DNA from: an uncultured Verrucomicrobiae bacterium
GTDB taxonomy: Bacteria > Verrucomicrobiota > Verrucomicrobiia > Limisphaerales > Palsa-1400
Assembly: GCA_963764165.1 (NCBI GenBank)
Contig: CAVXRD010000001.1
Location: 1,568,001-1,632,000, forward strand
Direction: 5' to 3'
DNA: 64,000 nucleotides
Shown: positions 30,348-40,429 of the stretch, in pieces
Layout of the letters: each line of letters begins with the position of its first letter
How positions within the stretch are numbered: position 1 is the stretch's first letter
The notes under the pieces: model-generated
What the model saw: only the letters and a program-made list of their open reading frames with translations
What the model was told of the DNA's origin: nothing
Databases searched by the model: none
Translations under genes and position numbers: made by a program

Positions 30348-30944
30348 GTTTGTTATGGTTGAATGCCGAAACTTGTAAGCAACTGACTTCAGTAATTTCA
30401 TCTTGAATCAATATCCGAAAGAAATTGCGCCCAGCACGCTAATGAACCGTTGTCGAAATAAAGGGAGGGTTCGCCTCCGTCGAAGTAATCGAACTGTAAA
30501 TAGGCGGCGTTCGTGTCCACGCTCAGAGCCATTCCGTCATAATCCCAACTTGGCGCCGTGGGGAGATTGGTAGAGGCTCGCGGCTGAGGAGCCGATGAGT
30601 GCGATTACAAGACTCAGGAATAGCGAGCGAAATGGCTTGGGCTTGGTCATTTTGTTTGGACTCCCGCGCTGGACTCAGTCCAGCCTTGCTGATTATTCAC
30701 GACATTGAGATTTTTTCAAGCGGCAATTCTTCAAAGCATTAGAACCCGCCGATTCAACGTGGCTTAAGTTGGGCTAAGCAAGCACCCGCGATGTGAGGCA
30801 ACGCGCGGCAGCGCTATTAGGCGAGATCCTAATTCGGGCGCGCAAGGAATTGCCCAAGACCCCCAAATAACAGGGCGAGGCTCCTGCCGGGCTTCGAGGC
30901 AGGATTTTGTGACGGCTCCGCGCGACTGTCTGTGGAGGTAATTC

Positions 30945-31151
30945 ATACCACATAACAGTGTGATTGCAATATTAATTGATAAACATGGCTTTCGGCCTTA
31001 TAATTCTCCTGTCGCCTTCAGGGCGTGTTCTTTGACATTTTGAGGACTTCCGAGTCCCTGATTCGAGGCTTAGAAACAAACTGTGATCGGGGCGTTGCGC
31101 GCTATTGCACCCTATTGCACTCTCGGTTTTCGCGACAAAAACCTCATTGCT
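30945..31151. repeat. dispersed divergent-promoter/boxA module, copy C (inverted)
   Basis: Reverse complement of A/B/D core. Confidence 0.9.
30976..31037 (+). promoter_or_regulatory. sigma70-like promoter followed by a hairpin and boxA-like motif
   Basis: TTGATA(30976)-17 bp-TATAAT(30999); CGCC-TTCAG-GGCG hairpin; TGTTCTTTGACA at 31026-31037. Confidence 0.65.
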
Positions 31152-31228
31152 TCCACGCGCAAGCGCCAGCCCAATATTTAATATTAAGGAATCGATGGTG
31201 TCTCTCCCTGCCAGGACTGATCGACTGC

Positions 31229-31340
31229 GTTTGTGACGGCTCTATGCGAGGGTTTGTGACGGTATTTGTGACGGACTAAGTGCTTGATTGACAACGTTGT
31301 GACGGGTGTGACGGCTTTTTAGGGGGGTATGCACATATAT
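31229..31340 (-). repeat. iteron-like CCGTCACA repeats around an IHF-consensus site
   Basis: Five TGTGACGG copies; minus-strand AATCAAGCACTTA fits WATCAANNNNTTR. Confidence 0.75.
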
Positions 31341-31410
31341 GCCGTCTAAATGGTCGATTTAGCGGCTCTGATCTTAGCTGGGAAAAAGAGACAGTGGTCT
31401 CTGGTTCCAA

Positions 31411-31452
31411 CCCAGTCTCAGCAAATCTCACCAAATCTCACCAAATCTCACC
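31411..31452. repeat. 10-bp tandem repeat (CCAAATCTCA) x3-4
   Basis: cccagtctca gcaaatctca ccaaatctca ccaaatctca cc. Confidence 0.9.
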
Positions 31453-31566
31453 TGTTTTTTTGATCGCCAGAAAAAAAGCCGCGGCAGTGCCTTCCGCATT
31501 ATGGTTATCATCAAGGTGAATTAAGGGTGCTTTAAATTCGATCCTGACTCGTCCATAATTAGGCAA

Positions 31567-32658
31567 ATGAAATCTAGCCGAAACATCTATCAAGGCCGAC
31601 GCCTGCTGCTTGCGCCAGTGTTCATCCTGGCGCTGGCGTTTTCATCCACGGCGAATGCGCAAGACGATGCCGCCAAACAGGAACCCGAGAATCCCGCGAC
31701 CGTGCTGCCGCTGGAAAAATCGGCGAGCCGGGGCATTGTCACGCGCGATCCGTCCGACATTGTCAAGTGCAAGGACGAGTATTGGGTCTTTTACACCGGG
31801 CGGGGCGTTCCGTCCTATCATTCCAAGGATCTGGTGAAATGGGAACGCGGGCCGGCAGTATTCAAAACGGCTCCGGAGTGGATCGCCAGCGCGGTTCCCG
31901 AAAACCGAAAAATGTCCTACTGGGCCCCTGACATCATGAAGGTCGGTGACCGGTATTTGCTTTATTATGCCGTTTCCTCGATGGGAAAAATGACATCCGC
32001 CATCGGCCTCGCCGCAAATGCCACCTTGGACCCGAACGACCCGGCCTACAAATGGACTGATGAAGGTATCGTGGTGCGAACCAAGGAGGGTGATAATTGC
32101 AACGCGATCGACCCAACCATTTTTCAAGACACGGACGGAAGCTTGTGGCTGACGTTTGGATCCTATTGGAGCGGCATTAAATTGATTCAGCTCGATCCCA
32201 AAACCGGCAAGCGCATCGCGCCGGATTCGGCGATGTATCCGCTGGCTTACAATGAATCCATCGAGGCGTCCTATCTTTGCAAGAACGACGGCTGGTATTA
32301 TCTTTTTGTGAACTGGGGTTCGTGCTGCCAGGGGCCAAAAAGCACTTACAACATCCGCGTCGGACGAAGCAAAACGATCACCGGGCCTTATCTTGACAAA
32401 GCCGGTGCGGACATGCTGCACAGCGGCGGCAGTGTGTTTCTCCCAAATGCCAACGGCCCCTTGATCGGGCCGGGACATGCGGGAATGCTGAATGCCGATG
32501 GCAAGACTTGGTTCACGTCGGATTTCGAAGGCGACATTCGAATGAATGGAAAGGCAACCCTGGCCATCATGCCCCTGCGCTGGAACACGGACGGCTGGCC
32601 GGAGGCGACGGTGAATGATGTCAAACCGGCGGCCTCCGCGGACCCGACGCCGAAGTAA
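31567..32658 (+). CDS. glycoside hydrolase family 43 (endo-arabinanase-like)
   Basis: RDPS, YWAPD, NAIDP, FGSYWSGIKL, IEASYL, GPGH. Confidence 0.93.
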   Translation: MKSSRNIYQGRRLLLAPVFILALAFSSTANAQDDAAKQEPENPATVLPLEKSASRGIVTRDPSDIVKCKDEYWVFYTGRGVPSYHSKDLVKWERGPAVFKTAPEWIASAVPENRKMSYWAPDIMKVGDRYLLYYAVSSMGKMTSAIGLAANATLDPNDPAYKWTDEGIVVRTKEGDNCNAIDPTIFQDTDGSLWLTFGSYWSGIKLIQLDPKTGKRIAPDSAMYPLAYNESIEASYLCKNDGWYYLFVNWGSCCQGPKSTYNIRVGRSKTITGPYLDKAGADMLHSGGSVFLPNANGPLIGPGHAGMLNADGKTWFTSDFEGDIRMNGKATLAIMPLRWNTDGWPEATVNDVKPAASADPTPK

Positions 32659-32722
32659 AACGCATGCCTTAACTTATCATCGCGGCGCCCGTTGGCTCGC
32701 AGACAACAGCCGCGATGGGCTT

Positions 32723-33565
32723 TCAATGGGAGTTTACGGCAAATACGTCGTTCTTGTCCGCCCGCAAGTCGGACCATCGCCAGCGTTCCACATGGCCATC
32801 GCAAAAGGAGAAGACGGCGCCCTTATCATGGCGGCAGGCTGGCTGCTTGTAAGGTGAAAGCGCAAAGCCAATGCTGGGGACGGGTTGTTTGGTGGTGATT
32901 TCCGTGTAATAGCCGGCGGACGGCAATGCGTCAACGCTCTCGCCGCTTTTCGGAACGCCCACGTCTCCCATCAACCAGATTTGGCTCGGACGCAGCAGTT
33001 GGGTCAGCTTGAGGCTGCCGAGGGCGGACCCATCGGTGTTCAATCCATAACGAATGATGCCCTCCGTGTAGTCGTCGCCCTCCACCGGGCCATAGCCGCC
33101 GACTTGAATGCCGCCATAATAGTTGTCCACGCTGGCTTCGATGTCAGCGTTCAGCACCGCTGGACAGCGCCAGATGTTGTTGGATTCCGAAACGGCGGTC
33201 ATATAGTGGCCGCTGCTAAGAATGTTGAACCACCAATTTGGTGTCACGCCGGTGGCAAAGTTGCCCGTGTTCAAGGACGGCAAGTATTGTTGATTGTCGT
33301 CGGCATACATGATGAAGGCCGTGGCGATTTGCTTGCTGTTGCTGGAGCAATCGGACGTCACAGCCTGGAGTTTGGCCTTGGACAGCGCGGGCAGCAGCAA
33401 CGCCGCCAGAATGGCAATGATGGCGATGACGACCAGCAATTCAATCAAGGTAAAACCCTGAGTGACGGCGCAACAGTTAGCTCTGCTCTTCAGTTGAGCC
33501 CGCACAACCCGTGCAGGCTCAACTGGATCTATGGAGTCATGATTCCAATTCGCGGTTGAACTCAT
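32723..33565 (-). CDS. prepilin-type N-terminal cleavage/methylation, H-X9-DG protein
   Basis: [41 protein letters not shown]. Confidence 0.9.
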   Translation of the reverse strand: MSSTANWNHDSIDPVEPARVVRAQLKSRANCCAVTQGFTLIELLVVIAIIAILAALLLPALSKAKLQAVTSDCSSNSKQIATAFIMYADDNQQYLPSLNTGNFATGVTPNWWFNILSSGHYMTAVSESNNIWRCPAVLNADIEASVDNYYGGIQVGGYGPVEGDDYTEGIIRYGLNTDGSALGSLKLTQLLRPSQIWLMGDVGVPKSGESVDALPSAGYYTEITTKQPVPSIGFALSPYKQPACRHDKGAVFSFCDGHVERWRWSDLRADKNDVFAVNSH

Positions 33566-35766
33566 TGAACAGACAACCGGTAAAACCGACTCCCGGCGCC
33601 TTTGGTGTCCGTGACTGTGACTGTCGCGGCCGTCCCATTGACGGTTTGCAAGGTCTGCCATGCGCCGTTCGACAAGTTGCTTGTATACTGCACGGTATAT
33701 TTCAAGCCGGTTTCCGTGGGGAAGCTCAGGCTAACAGTGCTGCCAGTCACGCTGGCGGTCATTGACGGCGGATTGATGGATGCCAGAGCCTTCCCCAAGG
33801 CCGCCACGTTCGTCGGATTGGCCACCGGGCCTACCGTCTTGAAACCATATTCGATGTGGTCTCCCGCTGTCGTTGCAAGGGTAATGCTGAAGGGCTGTCC
33901 AGAAACCAAGGGGGCGTTGGCAGCGGTGAAAGAACTGTAGTTCGGAGCAAAATCCTCAATGAATACCGTCTCGGTGTAGTTGGTTGCCAGCGTGTTGCTG
34001 GGGCAATAACCAACGAAGGTCAGCGTCTGCCCCGCCAACGCGTCGTCTTGCACATAGAAGTCGGCTTCCACAATGGCGGCGGGCGAGCCATCCGGATTCA
34101 CGAACTCGGCATTATTCGTAATATAATCGCTGGTGTTGGGAGACAGCGTCACCACTGCGCCATTGAACATCGCGGGAAGGTGCGCTGGAGGCTCCACGTT
34201 TTGACCCACCAAAGCGCCCTCCATGCCGCCATTATCATAAAAATAATTTTCGTAACCGACCCAAGGCGCATTCGGATCAACGGTCAAATGAGCCGGGTTC
34301 AGAACAGTGAGGTACGTAGAGGCGCTGTTTGTGCTGGCGCTGCTGGTGGCCACGACGGTGTATGTCCCTTCAGCACTAGCTGCCACATTGTTCAGGGTCA
34401 GAGAGGCAGTAGTGGCGCCCGACACGTTTGCGCTGTTGGTCAAATTCACGCCATTTTCCTGCCATTGATAATTCAAACCGCTGCCGGTGGCGGTGACCGT
34501 AAATGTCTGGCTGCCGCCCACCAGGACAACCGGGTTGGCGGGGAGCACCACGAGATTGGTGGTCGAGGGCACGGCGATCACTACATCGCCCAGGCTGGCG
34601 ACCGTGGCGGGGTTCGCATCCGGCCCGATCACCTCAAATCCGTACTGCACGATTTCGCCTGGGTTGTTGCCAGTCAATGGATAGGTCACAGTGTTCGTGC
34701 CAGGAGTCAAATTCACGGTCTGTTCTCCATTAAACGAGTAGCCAGGGCCGAAATCTTTGATCCATGCATCAGCGGTGTAAGGAGGAACCAGCGTATTTGT
34801 CAGCACGACAAAAGTAAAGGTGATCGTGCTGTTGGCATCCGCTCCGTTGGGCACCTGAGCGTAGAATGACGCGTCCATGATGTTCGCTCCACTGCCATCG
34901 GCGTTGACCCAGTAATCGTTCCCGGCGGCGTAGGTATTGGTGTTCGGGCTAAGCGTCAACGTGGTGCTGGTCAGGGTTTCCGGCAAATCAGCGATTCCCC
35001 AGACTTGGCCGCCCGGATTGCTGCCTCCGTATCCCGGGGCATCACTCGGATTGGCAGTCCAGCTCATATAGCCATTCACGAACGTGATGGGGCTTACTGT
35101 AACGTTGGTCACCAGCGGCGCGTCGATGACTGCCGAACCCAAGCTGGCGACGGTCGCCGGATTGGCGTCTGGCCCGATGGTTTCGAAGCCGTATTGAATA
35201 TGATCCCCTGGCTGGGTCGTAAGATTGATTGAAAAGGGACCGGGACCTATCGGCTCCGTCGAGGAGTTGACGAGCGCATAACTGGAATTGAAGTCCTTGA
35301 TAAAAGCCGTGCAAGTATAGGCGCCGTCCAGAGTGTAGGCCAGCCCTTCGCCCGAGAAAACCACGTTCGTGCCCGCAAGAGCGTCATTTTGAACGTACAT
35401 GCTGGCATCCATGGTCTTGTTGGGGGTGACTCCGTCAGCCTGAACCCAGTAGGTGTCGTTGGTTTCCCAGACGTTGGTGCATGGAAGGAGCGTCAGGGTC
35501 TGGTTGGAAAAAACTGCGGTTAATGCGCCAGTGGCCCACGGGCTTCCAAACTGATACCCTCCTCCGTCGGAAGGCAGCGCGAACACGTTCATATAGCCAA
35601 TCCATGGTTGTGTTGAATCCACATACACATTCACCTGCGCGCTGGCCGAATGGGACAAAACAAACGCCAGACCGGACACGACGGCCGTTCGTCCGATAAT
35701 CTTGAACCAATTTATGCTCGTTGAAATCGAACGGGCAACACAAGGACAAGAGATGGAGATTTTCAT
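33562..35766 (-). CDS. secreted protein with three copies of an unassigned ~160-aa domain, an Ig domain and an FYR-type C-terminus
   Basis: Repeated W.GYM...L.PNTN...YGF...GP.ANP..VA.LG; Ig motif YQWQ.NG...G.YTV; ends SRFYRLSVQ. Confidence 0.8.
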   Translation of the reverse strand: MKISISCPCVARSISTSINWFKIIGRTAVVSGLAFVLSHSASAQVNVYVDSTQPWIGYMNVFALPSDGGGYQFGSPWATGALTAVFSNQTLTLLPCTNVWETNDTYWVQADGVTPNKTMDASMYVQNDALAGTNVVFSGEGLAYTLDGAYTCTAFIKDFNSSYALVNSSTEPIGPGPFSINLTTQPGDHIQYGFETIGPDANPATVASLGSAVIDAPLVTNVTVSPITFVNGYMSWTANPSDAPGYGGSNPGGQVWGIADLPETLTSTTLTLSPNTNTYAAGNDYWVNADGSGANIMDASFYAQVPNGADANSTITFTFVVLTNTLVPPYTADAWIKDFGPGYSFNGEQTVNLTPGTNTVTYPLTGNNPGEIVQYGFEVIGPDANPATVASLGDVVIAVPSTTNLVVLPANPVVLVGGSQTFTVTATGSGLNYQWQENGVNLTNSANVSGATTASLTLNNVAASAEGTYTVVATSSASTNSASTYLTVLNPAHLTVDPNAPWVGYENYFYDNGGMEGALVGQNVEPPAHLPAMFNGAVVTLSPNTSDYITNNAEFVNPDGSPAAIVEADFYVQDDALAGQTLTFVGYCPSNTLATNYTETVFIEDFAPNYSSFTAANAPLVSGQPFSITLATTAGDHIEYGFKTVGPVANPTNVAALGKALASINPPSMTASVTGSTVSLSFPTETGLKYTVQYTSNLSNGAWQTLQTVNGTAATVTVTDTKGAGSRFYRLSVQ

Positions 35767-36007
35767 ATTTCTAATATATTAATTTGAATTGTTCAGTTGC
35801 GCTGAGGGCAAGAATTCCTCGAAGCCCGCTGAGGACACGCCTTCCGTGGACGATTGAGTCGGCGCAAATCATGTATTTGGAGGCGATTATATGGAATCCG
35901 CCAAAAACCCCATCCCTCTTTCGAGGGATACGATGGGAGGCGCTGGCAACAGCTTGGATTCAGGACTCCTGAAAATCGGCGAACCGGCGTCCAAGCAGGT
36001 AAACGCA

Positions 36008-36107
36008 TATAATCTCTAAAAACCCGCTACACCCGCTACATCGTTGAGCATCAACCAGATAACCCGCTACAAATACAGCTACAAGGCCGCTACAAACCCG
36101 CTACATT
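36008..36107 (+). repeat. iteron-like CCGCTACA repeats around an IHF-like site
   Basis: Two copies, then CATCAACCAGATA, then four copies at roughly 11-bp spacing. Confidence 0.8.
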
Positions 36108-36237
36108 CTTCCGAAAAATGGTTTCTAAAGGGTCTTTACAGAAGGCAACGAAGTTCACGAAGGGGGAAAAGACCGTCTGTCCCATGCATCTCTCCTCCCT
36201 TCATTTCCTTTGCGTGCTTCTGGATATGGCTTTATGT

Positions 36238-36492
36238 CCCTCTGCGCACTCATCTTCTCTGCGCGAACGATTTCCTCGGGGATTCTTGTCGCAATAACCA
36301 AGGGTGCAATAGGGTGCAATTACGCGCAACGCCCCGATCCGTTTTTATTTAACCGTGTCTAAAAAATACAAGGTCGTCTGGGGCGGGAATCCGCAAAAGA
36401 TCAAAGAACACGCCCCGATGGCGAGAGGGAGAAACATAAAGCCCGAAGCCCGGATTGTCAATTAATATTGCAATTACACGCTTATGTGGTAT
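36238..36492. repeat. dispersed divergent-promoter/boxA module, copy D
   Basis: Same conserved blocks as A-C with a longer central spacer. Confidence 0.9.
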
Positions 36493-36518
36493 AAGGACTC
36501 GGCGCAATAACCAAAGGT

Positions 36519-36690
36519 TTATGCGGGCGCCGCGTCGCGCATCGCCCGGGTGGCCGCAGGCGGAAGCGGTTTGCCCGCCTGGCGAAGTTGATCCACCTCC
36601 TCGGCAATCACGGCACAGAGGTGGAGATAGGCTTCCTGCTCCGTCGCGCCGTGACAGACGCCACGCCAAGGGAAGAGATCAGGATATTCG
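36519..36690 (-). pseudogene. hicB: HicB-like antitoxin fragment lacking its N-terminus
   Basis: PDLF...GVCHGATEQEAY..L...I.E......GKPLPP. Confidence 0.65.
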
Positions 36691-36753
36691 TTCGTTCCAT
36701 TATGGCATTTGCTTGATTGTGTCCTGCCGAGCGATTCGTTATCGTGCGTGGCA

Positions 36754-37971
36754 ATGACCCCTACCAATAATCGCGGCTGGCTCGTTGCCTTCTCCGGCCT
36801 CGGGATCAATCTTGCCCTCGGTGTCCTTTACACATGGAGCATGTTCAAAACGGCCATTGAAAAGGAATTCGGCTGGGAAGGGAGCAAACTCAATGATCCC
36901 TACGCGCTTTGCTGCCTGGTCTTTTCCTTTACGATGATCGTTGCAGGCCGATGCCAGGATAAATTCGGGCCGCGGGTGACTGCCACTGCCGGCGGATTGC
37001 TCCTCGGCGCTGGAATGGTTTTGATCTCGACGACAAGCAATTACGCGTCGTGGTTATTGGGCTTCGGCGTGCTGGTCGGTTTGGGGATCGGTTTCGCCTA
37101 CTCCTCCGCCACGCCGCCCGCATTGAAATGGTTTCCGCCCGCGCGGACAGGACTCGTGGCCGGACTCGTGGTGGCGGGCTTTGGGCTGGCGCCTGTTTAT
37201 CTGGCGCCAGCTTCTCAATTTGCCCTTGCTCATTTTGGGTTGAAAAAGTCCATGCTCGTATTCGGGATGGCTTTCACGGCCGCCGTTTGCGGGCTGGCGC
37301 AAATGTTGAGAAATCCGCCCGCGGGATTCGTGGCCGCTCCAGAAATGTCCGCCACCGTCGCCAAGCCCTCCGCCAATAATTTTGTCGCCAGCCAGATTCT
37401 GCGCACCGGAACGTTCTATGTATTATGGCTGATCTACGCGATTGGCGCCGGGGCCGGACTGATGGTCATCGGCAGCGTCAGTGGAATGGCGAAGAAAAGC
37501 ATGGGCGAAAATGCCTTTATCGCGGTGGCGGTGATGGCCGTCGGCAATGCTGGTGGCCGTCTCGGCGCCGGGCTGTTGTCCGACAAAATCGGGCGACGCT
37601 GGACGCTGCTGCTGGTGCTGCTGTTTCAGGCCGGCCTCATGTTCGCCGCCGTCCCCGTGACCTCCCATAAGGATTCTTTGCCCGTCGTCGTAGTGCTCCT
37701 GGCCACATTCATCGGCTTCAATTACGGCGCAAACCTCGCGTTGTTCCCATCCTTTGCCAAAGACTTGTGGGGCTTGAAGAATTTTGGGACCAACTACGGC
37801 GTCCTCTTTACCGCGTGGGGAATTGGAGGGCTGATCTTCCCCAAGGTGCAGCAGATGCTCACCACGAACAGCGGTGGAAGTTTTCAGTCATCGTTTATTT
37901 GCGCCGGAGCGCTTCTCATCGGAGGCGCCATGCTGACATTCCTGATCCGGCCCGCGCCGCCGCCGCGATAG
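36754..37971 (+). CDS. OFA-family MFS transporter
   Basis: INLALGVLYTWS, GRCQDKFGPR, KWFP..TGL..G, FGTNYGVLFTAWG. Confidence 0.92.
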   Translation: MTPTNNRGWLVAFSGLGINLALGVLYTWSMFKTAIEKEFGWEGSKLNDPYALCCLVFSFTMIVAGRCQDKFGPRVTATAGGLLLGAGMVLISTTSNYASWLLGFGVLVGLGIGFAYSSATPPALKWFPPARTGLVAGLVVAGFGLAPVYLAPASQFALAHFGLKKSMLVFGMAFTAAVCGLAQMLRNPPAGFVAAPEMSATVAKPSANNFVASQILRTGTFYVLWLIYAIGAGAGLMVIGSVSGMAKKSMGENAFIAVAVMAVGNAGGRLGAGLLSDKIGRRWTLLLVLLFQAGLMFAAVPVTSHKDSLPVVVVLLATFIGFNYGANLALFPSFAKDLWGLKNFGTNYGVLFTAWGIGGLIFPKVQQMLTTNSGGSFQSSFICAGALLIGGAMLTFLIRPAPPPR

Positions 37972-37978
37972 CGCCGAA

Positions 37979-39046
37979 TCAAACTTCCACCTGGTAAAAC
38001 TGAACGCGGCCCCAGGGCGGCCATTTGCCATCTTTGCGTGGCGGCTGTCCGATCGCACCGGAGAAAATGAGCCAATTGCCATCCGCGGTGAACCGGGCGT
38101 GAGTGATGCGCCACTTGGTGTCAACAGACGCCACAAGGTTTCCATCTGTAGAATCAAAGATGGCCGCGTTCCAAGTGCCTTGCGCCTGCCTGCCCGCCAT
38201 GACGAAGTGCTTGTGGTTGGGGTGCCACGCGATTGTTTCCATCAGGCCGGAGCCTTGCTGGGCTTCCTTGATCTGGTCCAGTTTCGTGCCTTTGCGCCAA
38301 TCCCACCGTTGCCAGGTCATTTTTCCATTGCCAGCCATGGGATCGATCATCGGCCCCATGCCGCAGCCAAGAAGTGAGTTTCCGTCGGGCGCAAACGCGA
38401 GGCCGTAAATGCCGCCGGAATAATGATGCGATTTAATCGTGCCCCACGAGGTAAAATCCGGAGATGTCCATTTTGCCACCGGCGGAGAATCCGGCTTGGC
38501 CCGCAAATCCCATACCCGAATTTCTCCCATCATATTCCCTGCGGCAAGATACCGCCCGCCCGGGCTGAAGGCGCAGCTCAACACCGGCGGTGTATGCGAA
38601 AAAGCCCCAATGCGCATTCCTGTCGCCGTGTCAAATACTTTTACCGATGGCTCTGTTTCAGGAGCGGGCTCATATTTCCAGCCGCCGGCAATATATTGCC
38701 CTGTGGTTGCCGCCAACCGCTTCCCATCCGGCGACAACGCAAGCTGCCAGTTCCAAAACTTGTGCGCCTTGACGCGGCGATGGCTCCGGCCGGAATTGGC
38801 ATCATGCCAGAGCAGCCTTCCATCGTAGCCGCCCGAGATGACAGTCTTGCCGCCCGGCAATAAGACGCACGAACTGGCGGACGAAGCATGCTTCTTTGAA
38901 AATATTTTCGATTCGCCGGTGTCGAGATCCAAAGAATGAACTGACCCATCTGAACACGCGGCGAAGGCCGCGCTCCCTTCCGGGTCGGTGGCAAAGCCCA
39001 GCACGCCGGTCGGCAATTTTATATCCAGATCAGGTGTGAGCTTCAT
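37979..39046 (-). CDS. WD40 repeat protein
   Basis: SGGYDG.L.WHD, LSPDG, AFSPGG..LAAG...GEIRVWD. Confidence 0.88.
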   Translation of the reverse strand: MKLTPDLDIKLPTGVLGFATDPEGSAAFAACSDGSVHSLDLDTGESKIFSKKHASSASSCVLLPGGKTVISGGYDGRLLWHDANSGRSHRRVKAHKFWNWQLALSPDGKRLAATTGQYIAGGWKYEPAPETEPSVKVFDTATGMRIGAFSHTPPVLSCAFSPGGRYLAAGNMMGEIRVWDLRAKPDSPPVAKWTSPDFTSWGTIKSHHYSGGIYGLAFAPDGNSLLGCGMGPMIDPMAGNGKMTWQRWDWRKGTKLDQIKEAQQGSGLMETIAWHPNHKHFVMAGRQAQGTWNAAIFDSTDGNLVASVDTKWRITHARFTADGNWLIFSGAIGQPPRKDGKWPPWGRVQFYQVEV

Positions 39047-39050
39047 GGTA

Positions 39051-40427
39051 TCAGGCCAGCAATTCCCGAATCGGCGGCGCTTGATTTTCCACCCGGTGGA
39101 ACGTCGGCAGGCCGGGCAGGTCATATTCGGCGTATGGATCGATTCCCAGGGCAGTGAAAATCGTGGCGAACAAATTTTGCTCGTCGTAAGCCTTCTCCAC
39201 CACCTCCACCCCGTCCTCGTCGGTCGCGCCTGTGACGACGCCGCGCTTGAGCCCGCATCCAGTCATCATCAAGCTCCAGGCATTCGGGTAATGGTCGCGT
39301 CCGCGCGCGGCGTTCAACCACGGCGTGCGCCCAAACTCGCCCATGGCAATGACCAGCGTGCTGTCAAGCAAACCGCGATGTTCAAGGTCATTGACCAAAT
39401 GAAAAATGACGCGGTCCAATTCCGGCACCAGCATTTGATGGATCTCGTGCTGGAAGACATGGTTGTCCCAATTCATTCCGTTGGCCACCATGACAAAAGG
39501 CGCGCCGTGGGAGACCAGGTTCAGGGCCATGAGCGAATGCTGGGCAAAACTTCCCGCTCCATACCGTTCGCGGTCCTTGGCGGGCAGTTTCTTCAAATCA
39601 AAAAGATCCGCGCTGGCGGTCATTCCTTTCAGGCGGTCAAACGCCGCATTCTGAGTGTGCGCCACCGCGCTCTTCCGATCTCGCTCGTATTTCGAAGTCA
39701 GGAAGCGGCGCAATGTTTCGCGGGATTCCTGGTCGTGCCGCGGAATGCCTTCCAAAGCGGCGTCGACGAATTGAGTATAATCGCCGCCCAGGCGGACGGG
39801 CGCATGCTCGGCGCCAAGCCAGCCCGGCCAATTTCCAGCCTTGAACATTTCGAATTCGTTGCCGCCGGGAATTGGGTCAAGAAGAATGAAGTTGGGAATC
39901 GCCGCATCCAATTGGCCCAATGCCTGCGAGCAGGCGCTTCCCAAAGTCGGCCGCGTAAAGCCCGCGCGTTCCGGATTTCCGCGCTGGAGCAGATTGATGG
40001 CCTGCAAATGCTCCGATTGCGCCGTCTTCATGCTGCGCACAATATTCAGCTTGTTGGCAATGCTCGCGCAGCGCGGCATAAGCGACGAAAAATGCACACC
40101 GGGAATTTTTGTCCGAATGCTTCCGAACGGACCGCCACTGGGACGGCCCGGCTTGGGATCCCACGTTTCAAACTGGCTCGGCGCGCCGCAAAGCCAGAGG
40201 AGAATGCAATGTTTCCCGGCCTTTTTCGTTTGCGCCGCAAACAGCGGATTCTGAAACAGTCCAGTGAAACTTGCGATGCTGGCCAGCGCGCCGCCCGCCA
40301 GTCCTTTGATAAAAAGCCGCCGGTGCAGCCGATGCTCATCCACGCGGCACGAGCCTGGCGCGCAACTTTCTCCAGCGCCGCTTCCCGCGTTGCACCGGTC
40401 GGATGTATCTGGTGAAACGGGATTCAT
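39051..40427 (-). CDS. DUF1501 protein
   Basis: CILLWL.GAPSQFETWDPK, WDNH, MGEFGRTP..N...GRDHY; Tat-like RRLFIK. Confidence 0.93.
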   Translation of the reverse strand: MNPVSPDTSDRCNAGSGAGESCAPGSCRVDEHRLHRRLFIKGLAGGALASIASFTGLFQNPLFAAQTKKAGKHCILLWLCGAPSQFETWDPKPGRPSGGPFGSIRTKIPGVHFSSLMPRCASIANKLNIVRSMKTAQSEHLQAINLLQRGNPERAGFTRPTLGSACSQALGQLDAAIPNFILLDPIPGGNEFEMFKAGNWPGWLGAEHAPVRLGGDYTQFVDAALEGIPRHDQESRETLRRFLTSKYERDRKSAVAHTQNAAFDRLKGMTASADLFDLKKLPAKDRERYGAGSFAQHSLMALNLVSHGAPFVMVANGMNWDNHVFQHEIHQMLVPELDRVIFHLVNDLEHRGLLDSTLVIAMGEFGRTPWLNAARGRDHYPNAWSLMMTGCGLKRGVVTGATDEDGVEVVEKAYDEQNLFATIFTALGIDPYAEYDLPGLPTFHRVENQAPPIRELLA

Positions 40428-40429
40428 GA

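Noticed and set aside
30763..30826. Integron attC site
   Set aside because: The minus strand GCCTAAT...CTTAAGC only loosely resembles RYYYAAC...GTTRRRY; pairing is poor, with no second site and no integron integrase.
30976..31140. rRNA operon leader or tRNA gene
   Set aside because: A boxA-like motif is present but no 16S, 23S or tRNA sequence follows any of the four copies.
31229..31452. CRISPR array
   Set aside because: Repeats are 8-10 bp with no unique 30-40-bp spacers, and there are no cas genes. The same applies to 36008-36107 and 47299-47400.
35911..35938. Riboswitch upstream of the 35766 gene
   Set aside because: Only a simple hairpin (ATCCCTC-TTTC-GAGGGAT); no aptamer consensus that I can recognise.
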